From Candidatus Fermentibacteraceae bacterium (GTDB lineage Bacteria; Fermentibacterota; Fermentibacteria; Fermentibacterales; JCC-6), in the NCBI GenBank assembly GCA_041686025.1, contig JAWLEP010000001.1, forward strand, positions 1-44,444: 44,444 bases of DNA. Reading direction: 5' to 3'. Positions 1 through 9,056 of this stretch are shown one piece after another. Position numbers and translations under genes: made by a program. The notes beneath the pieces were generated by a model. The model was not told the origin of the DNA. It worked only from the letters and a program-made list of their open reading frames with translations, and did not search any database. Position 1 is the first letter of the stretch. The number at the start of each line of letters is the position of its first letter.

Positions 1-422
1 ATGATCCTCCTGGCGCCGGAGTAGCGGCGGGCGTAGTTGGGGTGGTCTATGGGGGTTATCACCACTCCCCGGTCGCGCCAGGACGAGCAGTGTATGAACT
101 CCCCTCCGCCAAGGTAGATGCCGGTGTGTACGGGATCGTCGAAGAGCAGTATGTCCCCGGGCGCCAGGCTGTCCCGGGGTACCGGCCGGCCCATCTGCTC
201 CATGGCGCTCACCGTTCTGGGCAGGGGGATCCCGTGGTCGTTGAACACCCTCCAGGCCAGGCCGCTGCAGTCGAACCCCGTGCTGTCGGCTCCCCCGTAG
301 ACGTATGGCGCTCCCAGGTAGGAACGGGCCTGCTCCAGTATGCTGTCGGTGAGAGATCGGGGACCAGGTTCTCCGAGTGACAGGGAAAGCAGCATGGACA
401 GCAGGACAGTCTCGATCCGCAC
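1..422 (-). CDS. NlpC/P60 (C40) cell-wall peptidase, 3' end runs off the window
   Basis: Not in the ORF track; manual translation from GTG 422 (GGAG SD upstream): MRIETVLLSMLL...YLGAPYVYGG...GFDCSGL...LPRT...PGDILLF..PVHTGIYLGGGEFIHCSS, with Cys-His-His triad and hydrophobic N-terminus. Confidence 0.93.
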   Translation of the reverse strand, partial: MRIETVLLSMLLSLSLGEPGPRSLTDSILEQARSYLGAPYVYGGADSTGFDCSGLAWRVFNDHGIPLPRTVSAMEQMGRPVPRDSLAPGDILLFDDPVHTGIYLGGGEFIHCSSWRDRGVVITPIDHPNYARRYSGARRI

Positions 423-506
423 CGGGGCTCCTTCCGGACAGTTGTGTCTTCTACAGAACGGGATCAAGTATATAAGCAGCTGGACCCGGGACCGGGAGGT
501 GACACC

Positions 507-1073
507 ATTTCCAGAGTTGAGCCCACCGCCGCATCTCTCTCCGACGGCACCGAGGCGGTGGTGCGGACGGCGGGCCGGAAGGACGCGGCTCAGCTGCAGG
601 AGCTGTACGAGGAGATTGCGGCCGAGGGCCCGCTCACCGTGGTGGCCCCGGACGAGGTGGAAGAAGACTGCGAGGCCGAGGCGAAGCGGATCGAATCCAT
701 GGCCGACTCCCAGGGATCCCTCTGCCTGGTGGCGGAGCAGGGGGGAAGGGTGATCGGAACCGCCAGGGCGGAGGGCGGCGGCCTTCGTCGCCTGGCCCAC
801 TTCGCCGAGGTCAGCTCGGTGTGGGTGAGGCGGGAGTGGCGGGAGCTGGGCGTGGCCGACGCCCTGATGGCAGCCCTGGTGAAGTGGGCGGAGAGGTCGG
901 AGAGGATAGAGAAGCTGGGGCTGTACGTGTTCTCGACAAGCGACCCCGCGGTGGCCCTTTACCGGAAGCACGGCTTCCATCTGGAAGGCAGGGGGGAGAG
1001 GGACATGAAGTTCGAGGACGGCACCTACGCCGACACCCTGATCATGGGCCGCTTCACAGATGGAGGAGAATAG
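507..1073 (+). CDS. GNAT family N-acetyltransferase (start uncertain: 444, 507 or 561)
   Basis: VWVRREWRELGVADALM acetyl-CoA-binding region, AVALYRKHGF motif B, EKLGLYV; strongest SD (GGAGGTGA) precedes in-frame ATT at 507. Confidence 0.85.
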   Translation: MSRVEPTAASLSDGTEAVVRTAGRKDAAQLQELYEEIAAEGPLTVVAPDEVEEDCEAEAKRIESMADSQGSLCLVAEQGGRVIGTARAEGGGLRRLAHFAEVSSVWVRREWRELGVADALMAALVKWAERSERIEKLGLYVFSTSDPAVALYRKHGFHLEGRGERDMKFEDGTYADTLIMGRFTDGGE

Positions 1074-1226
1074 GAGCCAGATGCGGATCGACTAGGCCGA
1101 CAGGGAGATAAGGAATCCCGCTGCCAGGTTCCTCATTGGACTGGTGTGTCTGCTGGCCAGCGGCCCGGCGGCTTCGTTTCGGGCGCTGAGCCGCGGGAGG
1201 GACGGCGAAGGGGACAGCCGCTCCGG

Positions 1227-2705
1227 CTAGCCGGCCGCCGCCTCCCGGATTCTCAGCAGGTCTCCCGCCACCTTCCGGATGCTGACGATGACAACGAAGA
1301 ACTCCAGCCTGCCCAGCAGCATCCCCACGGTCTGCGTCCACAGAACCAACTGCGGTGATTGCGGAGAGGTCATGCCGGTGGAGAGCCCCACCGTGCCCAG
1401 GGTGGAGGCGAACTCGAACAGGGAGTCCCGCAGGCCCCCTCCGTGGGCGGCCAGCACAGCAGTGCCCGCGGCCAGCGAAGCGATGTAGAGGAAGACGAAT
1501 GTCCCTACACTCCGCAGATGGCCTTCGCTTACGAACACCTTCCTGTCTCCCACCCAGACCGGATAGGGAACCACCGCCTTCCCCGGCAGAAGATGCCTGC
1601 GCACCTCCCACCCAACGCTCTTCGCCATCAGGAGAATCCTGTACTGCTTGATCCCCCCGGCCGTGGAGCAGGTACCGCCGCCTATCACCATCAGCAGGAT
1701 GATCATCCCCCAGCCGAAGGAGTTCCAGACGCCGAACCCGGTGGTGGAGAAACCGGTGGTGGTCAGGGCGGTGGCGGCCTGGAAGACGGCGCTGCGTGTG
1801 GCTTCGAAGGACGGCCCCGAGAGGCCGCGGGTGGTAAGGAGGAGCAGCAGGACGGCGCTCACCGGAAGCAGGAGCGCCACCAGGCGGATCTCCCCGTTGC
1901 GAAGGAAGGTGCGCAGCTTGCCGCGGATGAGCGACCATATGGTGACGAAGCTGATGCTTCCCAGGAGCATCAGCACGATGGTCACGGCTTCCACCTGCGG
2001 TGAGTCCCAGTGACCGATGCTGGCCGGCTCCGTCGAGAAACCGCCGGTGGATATCGCCGCGAAGGCGTGGTTGACCGCGCTGAACCAGTCCATTCCCGCC
2101 AGCCACAGCCCCAGGACGCCGAGAACCGCGTAGACGGAGTAGATCCTCATCACCAGCTTGGCGGACTCGCGAACATGGGGGACCAGCAGGTCCCTTCCCT
2201 CGGCGACGGACACCGCCGGGCCTGTGGGGCCGGCGATGGCCGAGAGCATAATTATCGCCAGCCCCGCCCCGCCGGCCAGCTGGGTCAGGCTGCGCCAGAG
2301 CAGGGTTATCCGGAACGCGCCGGTCACATCGACAACGGAGAGCCCGGTGGTGGTCCAGCCGCTGACGGATTCGAACACGGCCTGGGTGAAGCTCAGCCCC
2401 TCCAGCCGCATGAAGGGCCAGGCGGAGAAGATGCTGACCAGGATCCAGCTCACCAGGACGATCACCCCGCCCTCCCTCACCGTCAGAACCACCTGCTGCC
2501 GGGGATGGAGCAGGCGCCAGGCGACCAGGCCGAGAGCGGCCATGGCCAGGGCAGGCAGGGCAAAGGCGGCAGCGGCCCCCGCCTCTTCGGGGTAGGCCGC
2601 CAGGCCGGCGAGGGGGAGCAGCATGTAGGCAGATACGAGGACGAGCAGGAAGCCGACCTTGGAGCCTATCTCCCTGTATCGAAGGGCCAGATGGCTGCGT
2701 ATCAA
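1227..2705 (-). CDS. trkH: TrkH family potassium uptake membrane protein
   Basis: Four pore-loop motifs SGWTTTG, AISTGGF, ALTTTGF, LGTVGLS; STAGGIK; LLGRLEFF. Confidence 0.95.
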   Translation of the reverse strand: MIRSHLALRYREIGSKVGFLLVLVSAYMLLPLAGLAAYPEEAGAAAAFALPALAMAALGLVAWRLLHPRQQVVLTVREGGVIVLVSWILVSIFSAWPFMRLEGLSFTQAVFESVSGWTTTGLSVVDVTGAFRITLLWRSLTQLAGGAGLAIIMLSAIAGPTGPAVSVAEGRDLLVPHVRESAKLVMRIYSVYAVLGVLGLWLAGMDWFSAVNHAFAAISTGGFSTEPASIGHWDSPQVEAVTIVLMLLGSISFVTIWSLIRGKLRTFLRNGEIRLVALLLPVSAVLLLLLTTRGLSGPSFEATRSAVFQAATALTTTGFSTTGFGVWNSFGWGMIILLMVIGGGTCSTAGGIKQYRILLMAKSVGWEVRRHLLPGKAVVPYPVWVGDRKVFVSEGHLRSVGTFVFLYIASLAAGTAVLAAHGGGLRDSLFEFASTLGTVGLSTGMTSPQSPQLVLWTQTVGMLLGRLEFFVVIVSIRKVAGDLLRIREAAAG

Positions 2706-2711
2706 GCCGGT

Positions 2712-3374
2712 CTACACCTTTTCGCCGGTGATCGTCTTGATGATGCGGCCGTGGCTGCGGGGAAGGGTTATCAGAACGATCTTGTCATCCTTGCGCAGCG
2801 TGGTCTCGCCGCTGGGCACGATGGCCTCCCCGTTGCGGAGGACGACGGCCACCAGGCTGTCCGGTGAGAGATGGAGGTCCATCAGCCTGATGCCCACCAC
2901 CGGCGAGGAGGAGCTCAGCTGAAGCTCGGTGATGTTCACCTGTCCGGCACCGGCCGGGATCAGGTTGATCACCTCGTCCAGGGCGGTCTGCTGCTCGATC
3001 ATGCTGGTGATGGTCCGTATGGTGGAGAAGGCGGTGATGCCCAGCTTGCGGAAGACCTTCACATTGTCCGGATCGCTCACCAGCGCCACGGTTTTCTGCA
3101 CGCCGTAGATCCGCTGCGCCTGCTGGCACACGGCCAGGTTGTCCTCGTCGTTGGGGGTTACGGCGAGAACCGCCTCGTAGCCGTGGAGGTCGATCTCCTC
3201 CAGCAGATAGGGGTCGGTTCCGTCTCCGTGGACTGCGGTGACCTTCAGGCGCTCGGCGGTCTTTCTGCAGTCCTCCTCGTTGCGGTTGATCAGCGTGACG
3301 CTGTATCCCTTGGAGATGAAGGTCCGACACAGGAAGAAGACCGACCTGCCTCCGCCCACGATCAGTACCCTCAT
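2712..3374 (-). CDS. trkA: TrkA family K+ uptake regulatory subunit (RCK_N + RCK_C)
   Basis: MRVLIVGGGRSV..., GDGTD, AVTPNDEDNL, C-terminal VPSGETTLRKDDKI; ATG 3374 overlaps upstream TGA (ATGA). Confidence 0.92.
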   Translation of the reverse strand: MRVLIVGGGRSVFFLCRTFISKGYSVTLINRNEEDCRKTAERLKVTAVHGDGTDPYLLEEIDLHGYEAVLAVTPNDEDNLAVCQQAQRIYGVQKTVALVSDPDNVKVFRKLGITAFSTIRTITSMIEQQTALDEVINLIPAGAGQVNITELQLSSSSPVVGIRLMDLHLSPDSLVAVVLRNGEAIVPSGETTLRKDDKIVLITLPRSHGRIIKTITGEKV

Positions 3375-3796
3375 CGGGCGCCTTCCTCGATGCCCAGATG
3401 CCTTATGAACAGCTTGGCCGCCACGCTGGTGGGGGAGATGGTCTCCACTCCCAGCGTCCGGTAGATGTCCCTGCGTCTGGGCTCCAGGACCCTGGCCAGG
3501 ACCCGTTCCGCCCCGAACTCCACCCTGGCGAACTGGGCCACCATCAGGTTTATGTTGTCGCTGTTCGTGGTGGCGATCACGACGTCCGCCTTCTCGACTG
3601 CCGCCTGCCTCAGAACGCCGAGCTCGGTGGCGTCGCCCTTGACCCGGAAGCCGCTGAACTCGGGGGTCAGCCTTCCGAAGGCGGATTCCTTTCTGTCGAC
3701 GACCACCACGGAGTGGCCCTCGTGGCTGACGCTGTTGGCCAGATGAGAACCGAGCCGCCCGCACCCCACAATCACCACGTACCTGTGCTCAGACAC
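3371..3796 (-). CDS. trkA: TrkA-N (RCK_N only) protein
   Basis: VIVGCGRLG Rossmann motif, GDAT, ATTNSDNINL; 141 aa without RCK_C. Confidence 0.9.
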   Translation of the reverse strand: MSEHRYVVIVGCGRLGSHLANSVSHEGHSVVVVDRKESAFGRLTPEFSGFRVKGDATELGVLRQAAVEKADVVIATTNSDNINLMVAQFARVEFGAERVLARVLEPRRRDIYRTLGVETISPTSVAAKLFIRHLGIEEGAR

Positions 3797-3829
3797 GGGC
3801 GATCCCTGCCGCGACCGGACGCGGGGGCA

Positions 3830-4489
3830 TCAGAACCTCATCTCCCCCTTCTGGCGGCTGTCTGACGTGACCCGGTCCATGTTCTCCCGGGCGGGCTGGT
3901 AGGTGGGGTCCAGGGCGTTGGCGGCCCGGTACTGCCTCATGGCCTCGGTGGTGTTGCCCTCGATCTCATGGAGCACACCCAGGAGGTTCAGGCCCTCGGG
4001 CCTGCCGGGGTCGATGGAGATGGCCTTCCTGGCGTGCTCCAGGGCGGCTGGGAACTGGCGCTTGTTGATACTCTCCTTGGCCAGCTCGATGTACGTCTCG
4101 TAGTCGCTTGCGGCTTCCTCTTCGATATTCTCCCGGGCCAGCACCTTCCCAACGATATTGCGCAGCTCTTTGGGGGAGAAGGGCTTCTGGATGAAGTCCA
4201 CTGCGCCCAGCTTCATCGCCTCCACCGCCCAGTCCACCGTTCCGTACGCCGTGATGATGATGACCCTGACCTCCGGGCGGGACTTGCTGATGCGTCTGAG
4301 CACCTCCATGCCGTCCATCCCCGGCATCCTCAGGTCCAGCAGCATGACGTCGTACTCGGCGTCTTCCAGCTTCTGGAGGGCCTCCTCGCCGTTGACGGCG
4401 GTGTCCACCTCGGCGTCCAGCGCGCTGAGGGCCTGGGAGGCCGTCATGCGGATGTTCTTCTCGTCATCGACTATCAGTATTCGACTCAC
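3830..4489 (-). CDS. Response regulator, REC domain plus C-terminal TPR-like repeats
   Basis: ILIVDDE, LLDLRMPGMDG, IITAYG, KPF; C-terminus ALEHARKAISIDP...LLGVLHE...YRAANALDP is TPR-like, no HTH. Confidence 0.9.
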   Translation of the reverse strand: MSRILIVDDEKNIRMTASQALSALDAEVDTAVNGEEALQKLEDAEYDVMLLDLRMPGMDGMEVLRRISKSRPEVRVIIITAYGTVDWAVEAMKLGAVDFIQKPFSPKELRNIVGKVLARENIEEEAASDYETYIELAKESINKRQFPAALEHARKAISIDPGRPEGLNLLGVLHEIEGNTTEAMRQYRAANALDPTYQPARENMDRVTSDSRQKGEMRF

Positions 4490-6338
4490 TGCGATCTCCG
4501 TCCTCTTCTGGTTTCCCGGACACCGGAAGGGTGAGGGTGAATGTGCTGCCCTCGCCGGGAGTGGAGTCCACCCAAATGGTGCCCTTGTGCGCGCGGACGA
4601 TCTCCTTGCATATGCTCAGGCCCAATCCCGTGCCCTTCCGGTCGCTGTCGCCGTCCACCCTTACGAACTTGTCGAAGATGCGGCTCTGGTACTCCGGGGG
4701 GATTCCCTGGCCGTCGTCTTCGACGGAGACATGGACCCAGCTTCCTATTATCTGGGCCGAGACCGCTATCCTCGACTGGGCGTATCTCAGGGCATTGCCT
4801 ATCAGATTGGTCAGCACCCACGTGATCTTGTTGGCGTCCGCCCTCACCTCGGGGATGTCCTCCGGCACTTCGGCGACAAGCTCGATGCCCTGGTCGGAAG
4901 CCTGCGACTCGAAGACGGCAAGTGCCTTCTCCACCAGCATTGCCGTGGGTATGCTGTCCAGATCCATATCCACGTGACCGCTCTCGATGCGGGAGAGGTC
5001 GAGCAGGTCGCTTATGAGGCTCTTGAGGCGCTGAAGCTCCTCGTGGGCGGCATCCAGCAGCTCCTTCTGCTGGCCGGAGAGGGACTCGGTGGCGCTCTCC
5101 AGCAGGAGGTCGATGCTCATGCCCAGGCTGTGCAGCGGTGTCTTCAGCTCGTGGGAGGCGGTCATGATGAAGTCGCTCTTCATCCGGTCCAGCTCCTTGA
5201 GCCTGGTGACGTCACGCAGAAGCAGGACGACCCCGGTCATGTCGCCCCCCTTCTGGACCACCGGGGTGATGCTGAACATGTAGTGCCTGGGTGACTCATC
5301 GGTGCCCGTGGAGATTATGTCCTCCCCCGCGCCCAGCCTCGGCGACCGGCCGGTTTCCAGCGTATCCTTCACCAGCTCGAAGAGCCCCTCGTTCTTGACC
5401 ACCTCCAGGAAGTGCTTTCCCTCCGCCTCGCCGGGATCGATCTCCAGTATCCTGCACGCCCTGGGGTTGATGTTGGTGATGCGGTGGTCGGTGTCGATCA
5501 CCATCACGCCGTCGCTTATGCTTCTGAGAACGGCCTCGCTCTTCCGCTTCTCGGCCACTATCTGCTTCACGTTGAGCCTGTGGTAGCTCCCGATCTTCCG
5601 GGCCATCTCGTTGAAGCTGCCCGCCAGCCTGCCCAGCTCGTCGGAGCCCCCCTCGGGGACCATGGTCTCGTAGTCACCGGCCGCAAGCCTCTCTGTGGCT
5701 TCCATCATCTGGCGGATCGGGCGGACCAGCCGCTTGCTGAGCAGCAGGCTGAACGCCAGGGCCAGCCCGATGCCCAGCACGGCGATAACCAGGGTAGACC
5801 AGGTGGCCTTGCGGGAGACCGCGGAGGCTTCCCGGCTGGCTTCGTGCATCGTGTTATGGTTGATCTCCCGCAGCTGCAGCGCCATGTCACGCACCGACGT
5901 GAACTGGGGGAGAACGGTTTCGTGGTAGTAGCTGCCGGCCGCCCCCGGAGAGCTGGCCAGTACCTCCCGAAGCGATGAGAAGGCGGTGAGGTAGCGGGAG
6001 TATCCGGCCTCCATGGAATCGAGTATGGCCGCCTCCCCCTCGATGGTGATGTTGTCCTTGGCGCGCCCCAGCCAGAGCAGGAACTGGGCCTCGTTCCTCC
6101 GGAACTGCGAGAGGCCCTCGTCATCGTAGGCCAGCATGATCAGGAGGATCGCGCTGTCCTGCCGCTCTATGGCGTCCACCATGCTCTCCGCGGCCAGGAT
6201 GCTCTTGTAGTTCTCCCTGAGTATGGCGTCGCTGGCCTGGCCCAGCCGGACCAGATTGAACACGGCCCACGTCACCACGGCCGCCATGAGTATCAGGGCC
6301 AGGCTGTAGCCGAAAAGGATCTTCCTGCGAAGCTTCAC
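4464..6338 (-). CDS. Sensor histidine kinase (TM-periplasmic helical sensor-TM-HAMP-PAS-HisKA-HATPase)
   Basis: H-box ASHELKTPL, N-box NLIGNALRY, DDGQGI, GTGLGLSI; HAMP DELGRLAGSFNEM; PAS SISDGVMVID; GTG at 6338 after GGAGAGGG. Confidence 0.93.
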   Translation of the reverse strand: MKLRRKILFGYSLALILMAAVVTWAVFNLVRLGQASDAILRENYKSILAAESMVDAIERQDSAILLIMLAYDDEGLSQFRRNEAQFLLWLGRAKDNITIEGEAAILDSMEAGYSRYLTAFSSLREVLASSPGAAGSYYHETVLPQFTSVRDMALQLREINHNTMHEASREASAVSRKATWSTLVIAVLGIGLALAFSLLLSKRLVRPIRQMMEATERLAAGDYETMVPEGGSDELGRLAGSFNEMARKIGSYHRLNVKQIVAEKRKSEAVLRSISDGVMVIDTDHRITNINPRACRILEIDPGEAEGKHFLEVVKNEGLFELVKDTLETGRSPRLGAGEDIISTGTDESPRHYMFSITPVVQKGGDMTGVVLLLRDVTRLKELDRMKSDFIMTASHELKTPLHSLGMSIDLLLESATESLSGQQKELLDAAHEELQRLKSLISDLLDLSRIESGHVDMDLDSIPTAMLVEKALAVFESQASDQGIELVAEVPEDIPEVRADANKITWVLTNLIGNALRYAQSRIAVSAQIIGSWVHVSVEDDGQGIPPEYQSRIFDKFVRVDGDSDRKGTGLGLSICKEIVRAHKGTIWVDSTPGEGSTFTLTLPVSGKPEEDGDRSESNTDSR

Positions 6339-6473
6339 TTTCCCTCTCCCGTCGGGACGCGCTCGTTCGCGCTGCCGAAAGACGTCGAGCATCTCCTCGA
6401 ACAGCCAATATGCAAATATGCGTGGACACAGGCCACCGAACCATGACCGGGATCCGGGGCTTCGGCCCCCGCC

Positions 6474-6501
6474 TTGACGGGACGCGGTCTCACGGTATTA
6501 T
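6474..6501 (+). promoter_or_regulatory. Candidate sigma70 promoter for tetR-efflux operon
   Basis: TTGACG (6474-6479) - 16 nt - TATTAT (6496-6501), ~45 nt upstream of tetR ATG. Confidence 0.6.
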
Positions 6502-6510
6502 CTCCATAGT

Positions 6511-6526
6511 TTAACTGAATGGTTAA
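6511..6526. promoter_or_regulatory. Candidate TetR operator palindrome
   Basis: TTAAC-tgaatg-GTTAA AT-rich inverted repeat between the -10 box and tetR SD. Confidence 0.65.
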
Positions 6527-6547
6527 TGAAGGGGGTCGGGCCGACAG

Positions 6548-7162
6548 ATGAAGGCGAAAGCGAGCAGGGACCGGATTCTCGATGCGGCGGCCGAGGAGTT
6601 CGCCGAAGCGGGTCTCGCCGGGGCGAGAGTGGACTCCATCGCCCGGCGGGCGGGTGTAAACAAGGCGATGCTCTATTACAGGGTGGGCGGCAAGGAGGAC
6701 CTCTATCGCGAGGTGCTGCTTAGGGCCCAGGCGATCCTCCGTGCCGGGCTGGAGGCCGACCTCGAAGGGGAGAGCGATCCCTCGAAGGCGCTGAGGGCAT
6801 ACGTATGGGGTTTTATCGATTTCGCCAGAAGGCATCCGGAGGTTCCCTCCATAGTGCTCAGGGAGGTCGCCGGGAGCTTCGCCACCATGCCCGAGGAGGC
6901 AGTGGACGGCCTGAGGGGAATGCTGGACATCCTGACGGGAATACTGGAGAGGGGAATAGCTGAAGGAGCGTTTCCCGATGAAGGCCTCGACCCCTACAGC
7001 GTACAGCTGACGGTTACCGTGGCCGCGGTTGCGGCCTCCCGGGGAGGCCCGGCTCTGGAGCAGATGGGCGTTGAACCCGGAGAGGTGGCCGAACGTGTCG
7101 TGGAGATGCTGCTGCGCGGCGTCGGCTGCGGGACCGCATCCCGGCGGAAGGAGGAGCGATGA
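6548..7162 (+). CDS. TetR/AcrR family transcriptional regulator
   Basis: RILDAAAEEFAEAGLAGARVDSIARRAGVNKAMLYY HTH. Confidence 0.95.
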   Translation: MKAKASRDRILDAAAEEFAEAGLAGARVDSIARRAGVNKAMLYYRVGGKEDLYREVLLRAQAILRAGLEADLEGESDPSKALRAYVWGFIDFARRHPEVPSIVLREVAGSFATMPEEAVDGLRGMLDILTGILERGIAEGAFPDEGLDPYSVQLTVTVAAVAASRGGPALEQMGVEPGEVAERVVEMLLRGVGCGTASRRKEER

Positions 7163-8130
7163 GACGTTCTGTTGCAGTGGCCGCAGCTTCCCTGATCTTT
7201 GCGACGGCCCTTTCCTGCGGGGGCGAGGGCCCGCTGGAGGCGTCGGGGACCGTGGAGACCCTCCAGGTGCGATGTTCCTTCCGGGTCGGCGGCCTGGTAA
7301 GCGACCGGCCCGTGCGGGAGGGGGACCGGGTCTCCGCCGGAGACACTCTCGCCCTGCTGGACGATACACCGCTGCGGCTGGAGCTTTCGCTGCGGGAGGC
7401 CGAGCTGGCCTCCGCCCGGGCCAGGCTGGAGATGATGCAGGCGGGGCTTCGGCCGCAGGAGGTCAGCAGCGCCGGCGCTTCCATGCAGGCGGCCTCCGCC
7501 AGGATGGAGGAGGCCGCGGACAGCTATCGCCGGCTGGCCGAGCTGCACGAGGCCGGCGCTGTCTCGCGGCAGCAGCTGGACCGGGCGGCCACGGAGCTGG
7601 AGGTGGCGCAGCAGGGTTTCCGCTCGGCATCCGCTTCCGCCTCCATGGCCCGGGAGGGCTTCCGGGAGGAGGACGTGGCCGCGGCGGAGGCGGCGCTGGA
7701 CGCCGCGCAGGCGGGAGTGGGCCTGGCCCGGGAGAGGCTGGGCTACGCGGTGCTGACCGCGCCCCGCGACGGCGTTGTGCAGATCACGCACGTGGAGGCC
7801 GGAGAGGTTGCGGGAACCGGATCCCCGGTTGTCACCATCGCCCGCGTGGATACGGTGGAGGTCCGGGCCTGGGTGCCCCAGACGGCCCTGGGAGACCTGG
7901 AGCCGGGGATGGCGGTGGATGTGATCTCCGACTCCCGTCCCGGGAGCCCCATCGGCGGCAGACTGGAGCGCATCTCCGAGGAGGCGGAGTTCACGCCCTC
8001 CCGCATCGAGACCCGCGAGGAGAGGACCAGCCTGGTATACGAGACCACCTGCCGGGTGCCCAACCCCGAGGGAGTGCTGAAGGCCGGGATGCCGGTAACC
8101 GTCCGCTTCCCGGGGGTGCCGGGCGAATGA
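7159..8130 (+). CDS. HlyD family efflux adaptor (YbhG-like), probable lipoprotein
   Basis: Signal with LSC lipobox-like motif, ASGTVE, VREGDRVSAGD biotinyl-like half, coiled coil, AEFTP..IET.EER, LKAGMPV. Confidence 0.9.
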   Translation: MRRSVAVAAASLIFATALSCGGEGPLEASGTVETLQVRCSFRVGGLVSDRPVREGDRVSAGDTLALLDDTPLRLELSLREAELASARARLEMMQAGLRPQEVSSAGASMQAASARMEEAADSYRRLAELHEAGAVSRQQLDRAATELEVAQQGFRSASASASMAREGFREEDVAAAEAALDAAQAGVGLARERLGYAVLTAPRDGVVQITHVEAGEVAGTGSPVVTIARVDTVEVRAWVPQTALGDLEPGMAVDVISDSRPGSPIGGRLERISEEAEFTPSRIETREERTSLVYETTCRVPNPEGVLKAGMPVTVRFPGVPGE

Positions 8131-9056
8131 CCGACGCTCCGGCGGTGGAGCTCGACGGGGTGGTGAGGACGTTTGACGGCAGGGCCGCGCTGGACGGGGT
8201 CAGCCTCCGGGTGGGGCGGGGCGAGGTGTTCGGCCTGCTGGGCCCCGACGGCGCGGGCAAGAGCACCATGATGAGGATAGTGGCCACCGTGCTGCCCCCC
8301 ACCTCGGGGGCGGCCAGGACGCTGGGCCTGGACACGGTGGAGGACAGCACCGGGATCAAGAGACGGATCGGCTACATGAGCCAGCGCTTCGGTCTGTATC
8401 CCGACCTGACCGTGGCCGAGAACGTCCGCTTCTACGCCGACCTGTACGGGGTGGGCCCCGATTCCCGCCCCCGGCGGAGCGGGGAGCTCCTGCAGCGGGT
8501 GGGAATGCTGGAGTTCTCAGGCAGGCGTGCCGGGAAGCTCTCCGGGGGCATGAAGCAGAAGCTGGCCCTGGTGTGCGCGCTGATACATACCCCCGAGCTC
8601 CTGGTGCTGGACGAGCCCACCAACGGGGTGGACCCGGTGTCGCGGAGGGAGTTCTGGAAGCTGCTGCGGGAGATGGCCGGAGGCGAGCTGACCGTGCTGG
8701 TGTCCACCGCCTACCTGGAGGAGGCGGAGTGGTGCGACCGGATGGCCCTGCTCCACGAGGGGCGGGTCCTGGCCGCGGGCGACCGCGACGAGGTGGCCGG
8801 GCTGATGTCCGATGCGGTCCTCAGCATCTCCACTTCCGCCCCGGGAAGGGCCAGAAAGCTGCTGGAGGAGAGCATGCCGGGCCTGCGGGCCTGGTCGTGG
8901 GGAGACAGGGTCCACATGGCCACCGCCTCCCCGGAGAAGGACGCCCAGCGGGTGAGGAGCATCCTGCTCGAGGCGGGAATGGAGTGCGAGGTGGAGCGGG
9001 TGGAGCCGGAGCTGGAGGACGTCTTCGTGGCGGCCGTGGGGGACTGGGATGGCTGA
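8127..9056 (+). CDS. ABC transporter ATP-binding protein (YbhF-like, first NBD)
   Basis: GPDGAGKST, LSGGMKQKL, LVLDEPT; ATG 8127 overlaps upstream stop. Confidence 0.93.
   Translation: MTDAPAVELDGVVRTFDGRAALDGVSLRVGRGEVFGLLGPDGAGKSTMMRIVATVLPPTSGAARTLGLDTVEDSTGIKRRIGYMSQRFGLYPDLTVAENVRFYADLYGVGPDSRPRRSGELLQRVGMLEFSGRRAGKLSGGMKQKLALVCALIHTPELLVLDEPTNGVDPVSRREFWKLLREMAGGELTVLVSTAYLEEAEWCDRMALLHEGRVLAAGDRDEVAGLMSDAVLSISTSAPGRARKLLEESMPGLRAWSWGDRVHMATASPEKDAQRVRSILLEAGMECEVERVEPELEDVFVAAVGDWDG

Noticed and set aside
42..380. Plus-strand 112-aa ORF at window start
   Set aside because: Antisense shadow of the NlpC/P60 gene on the minus strand
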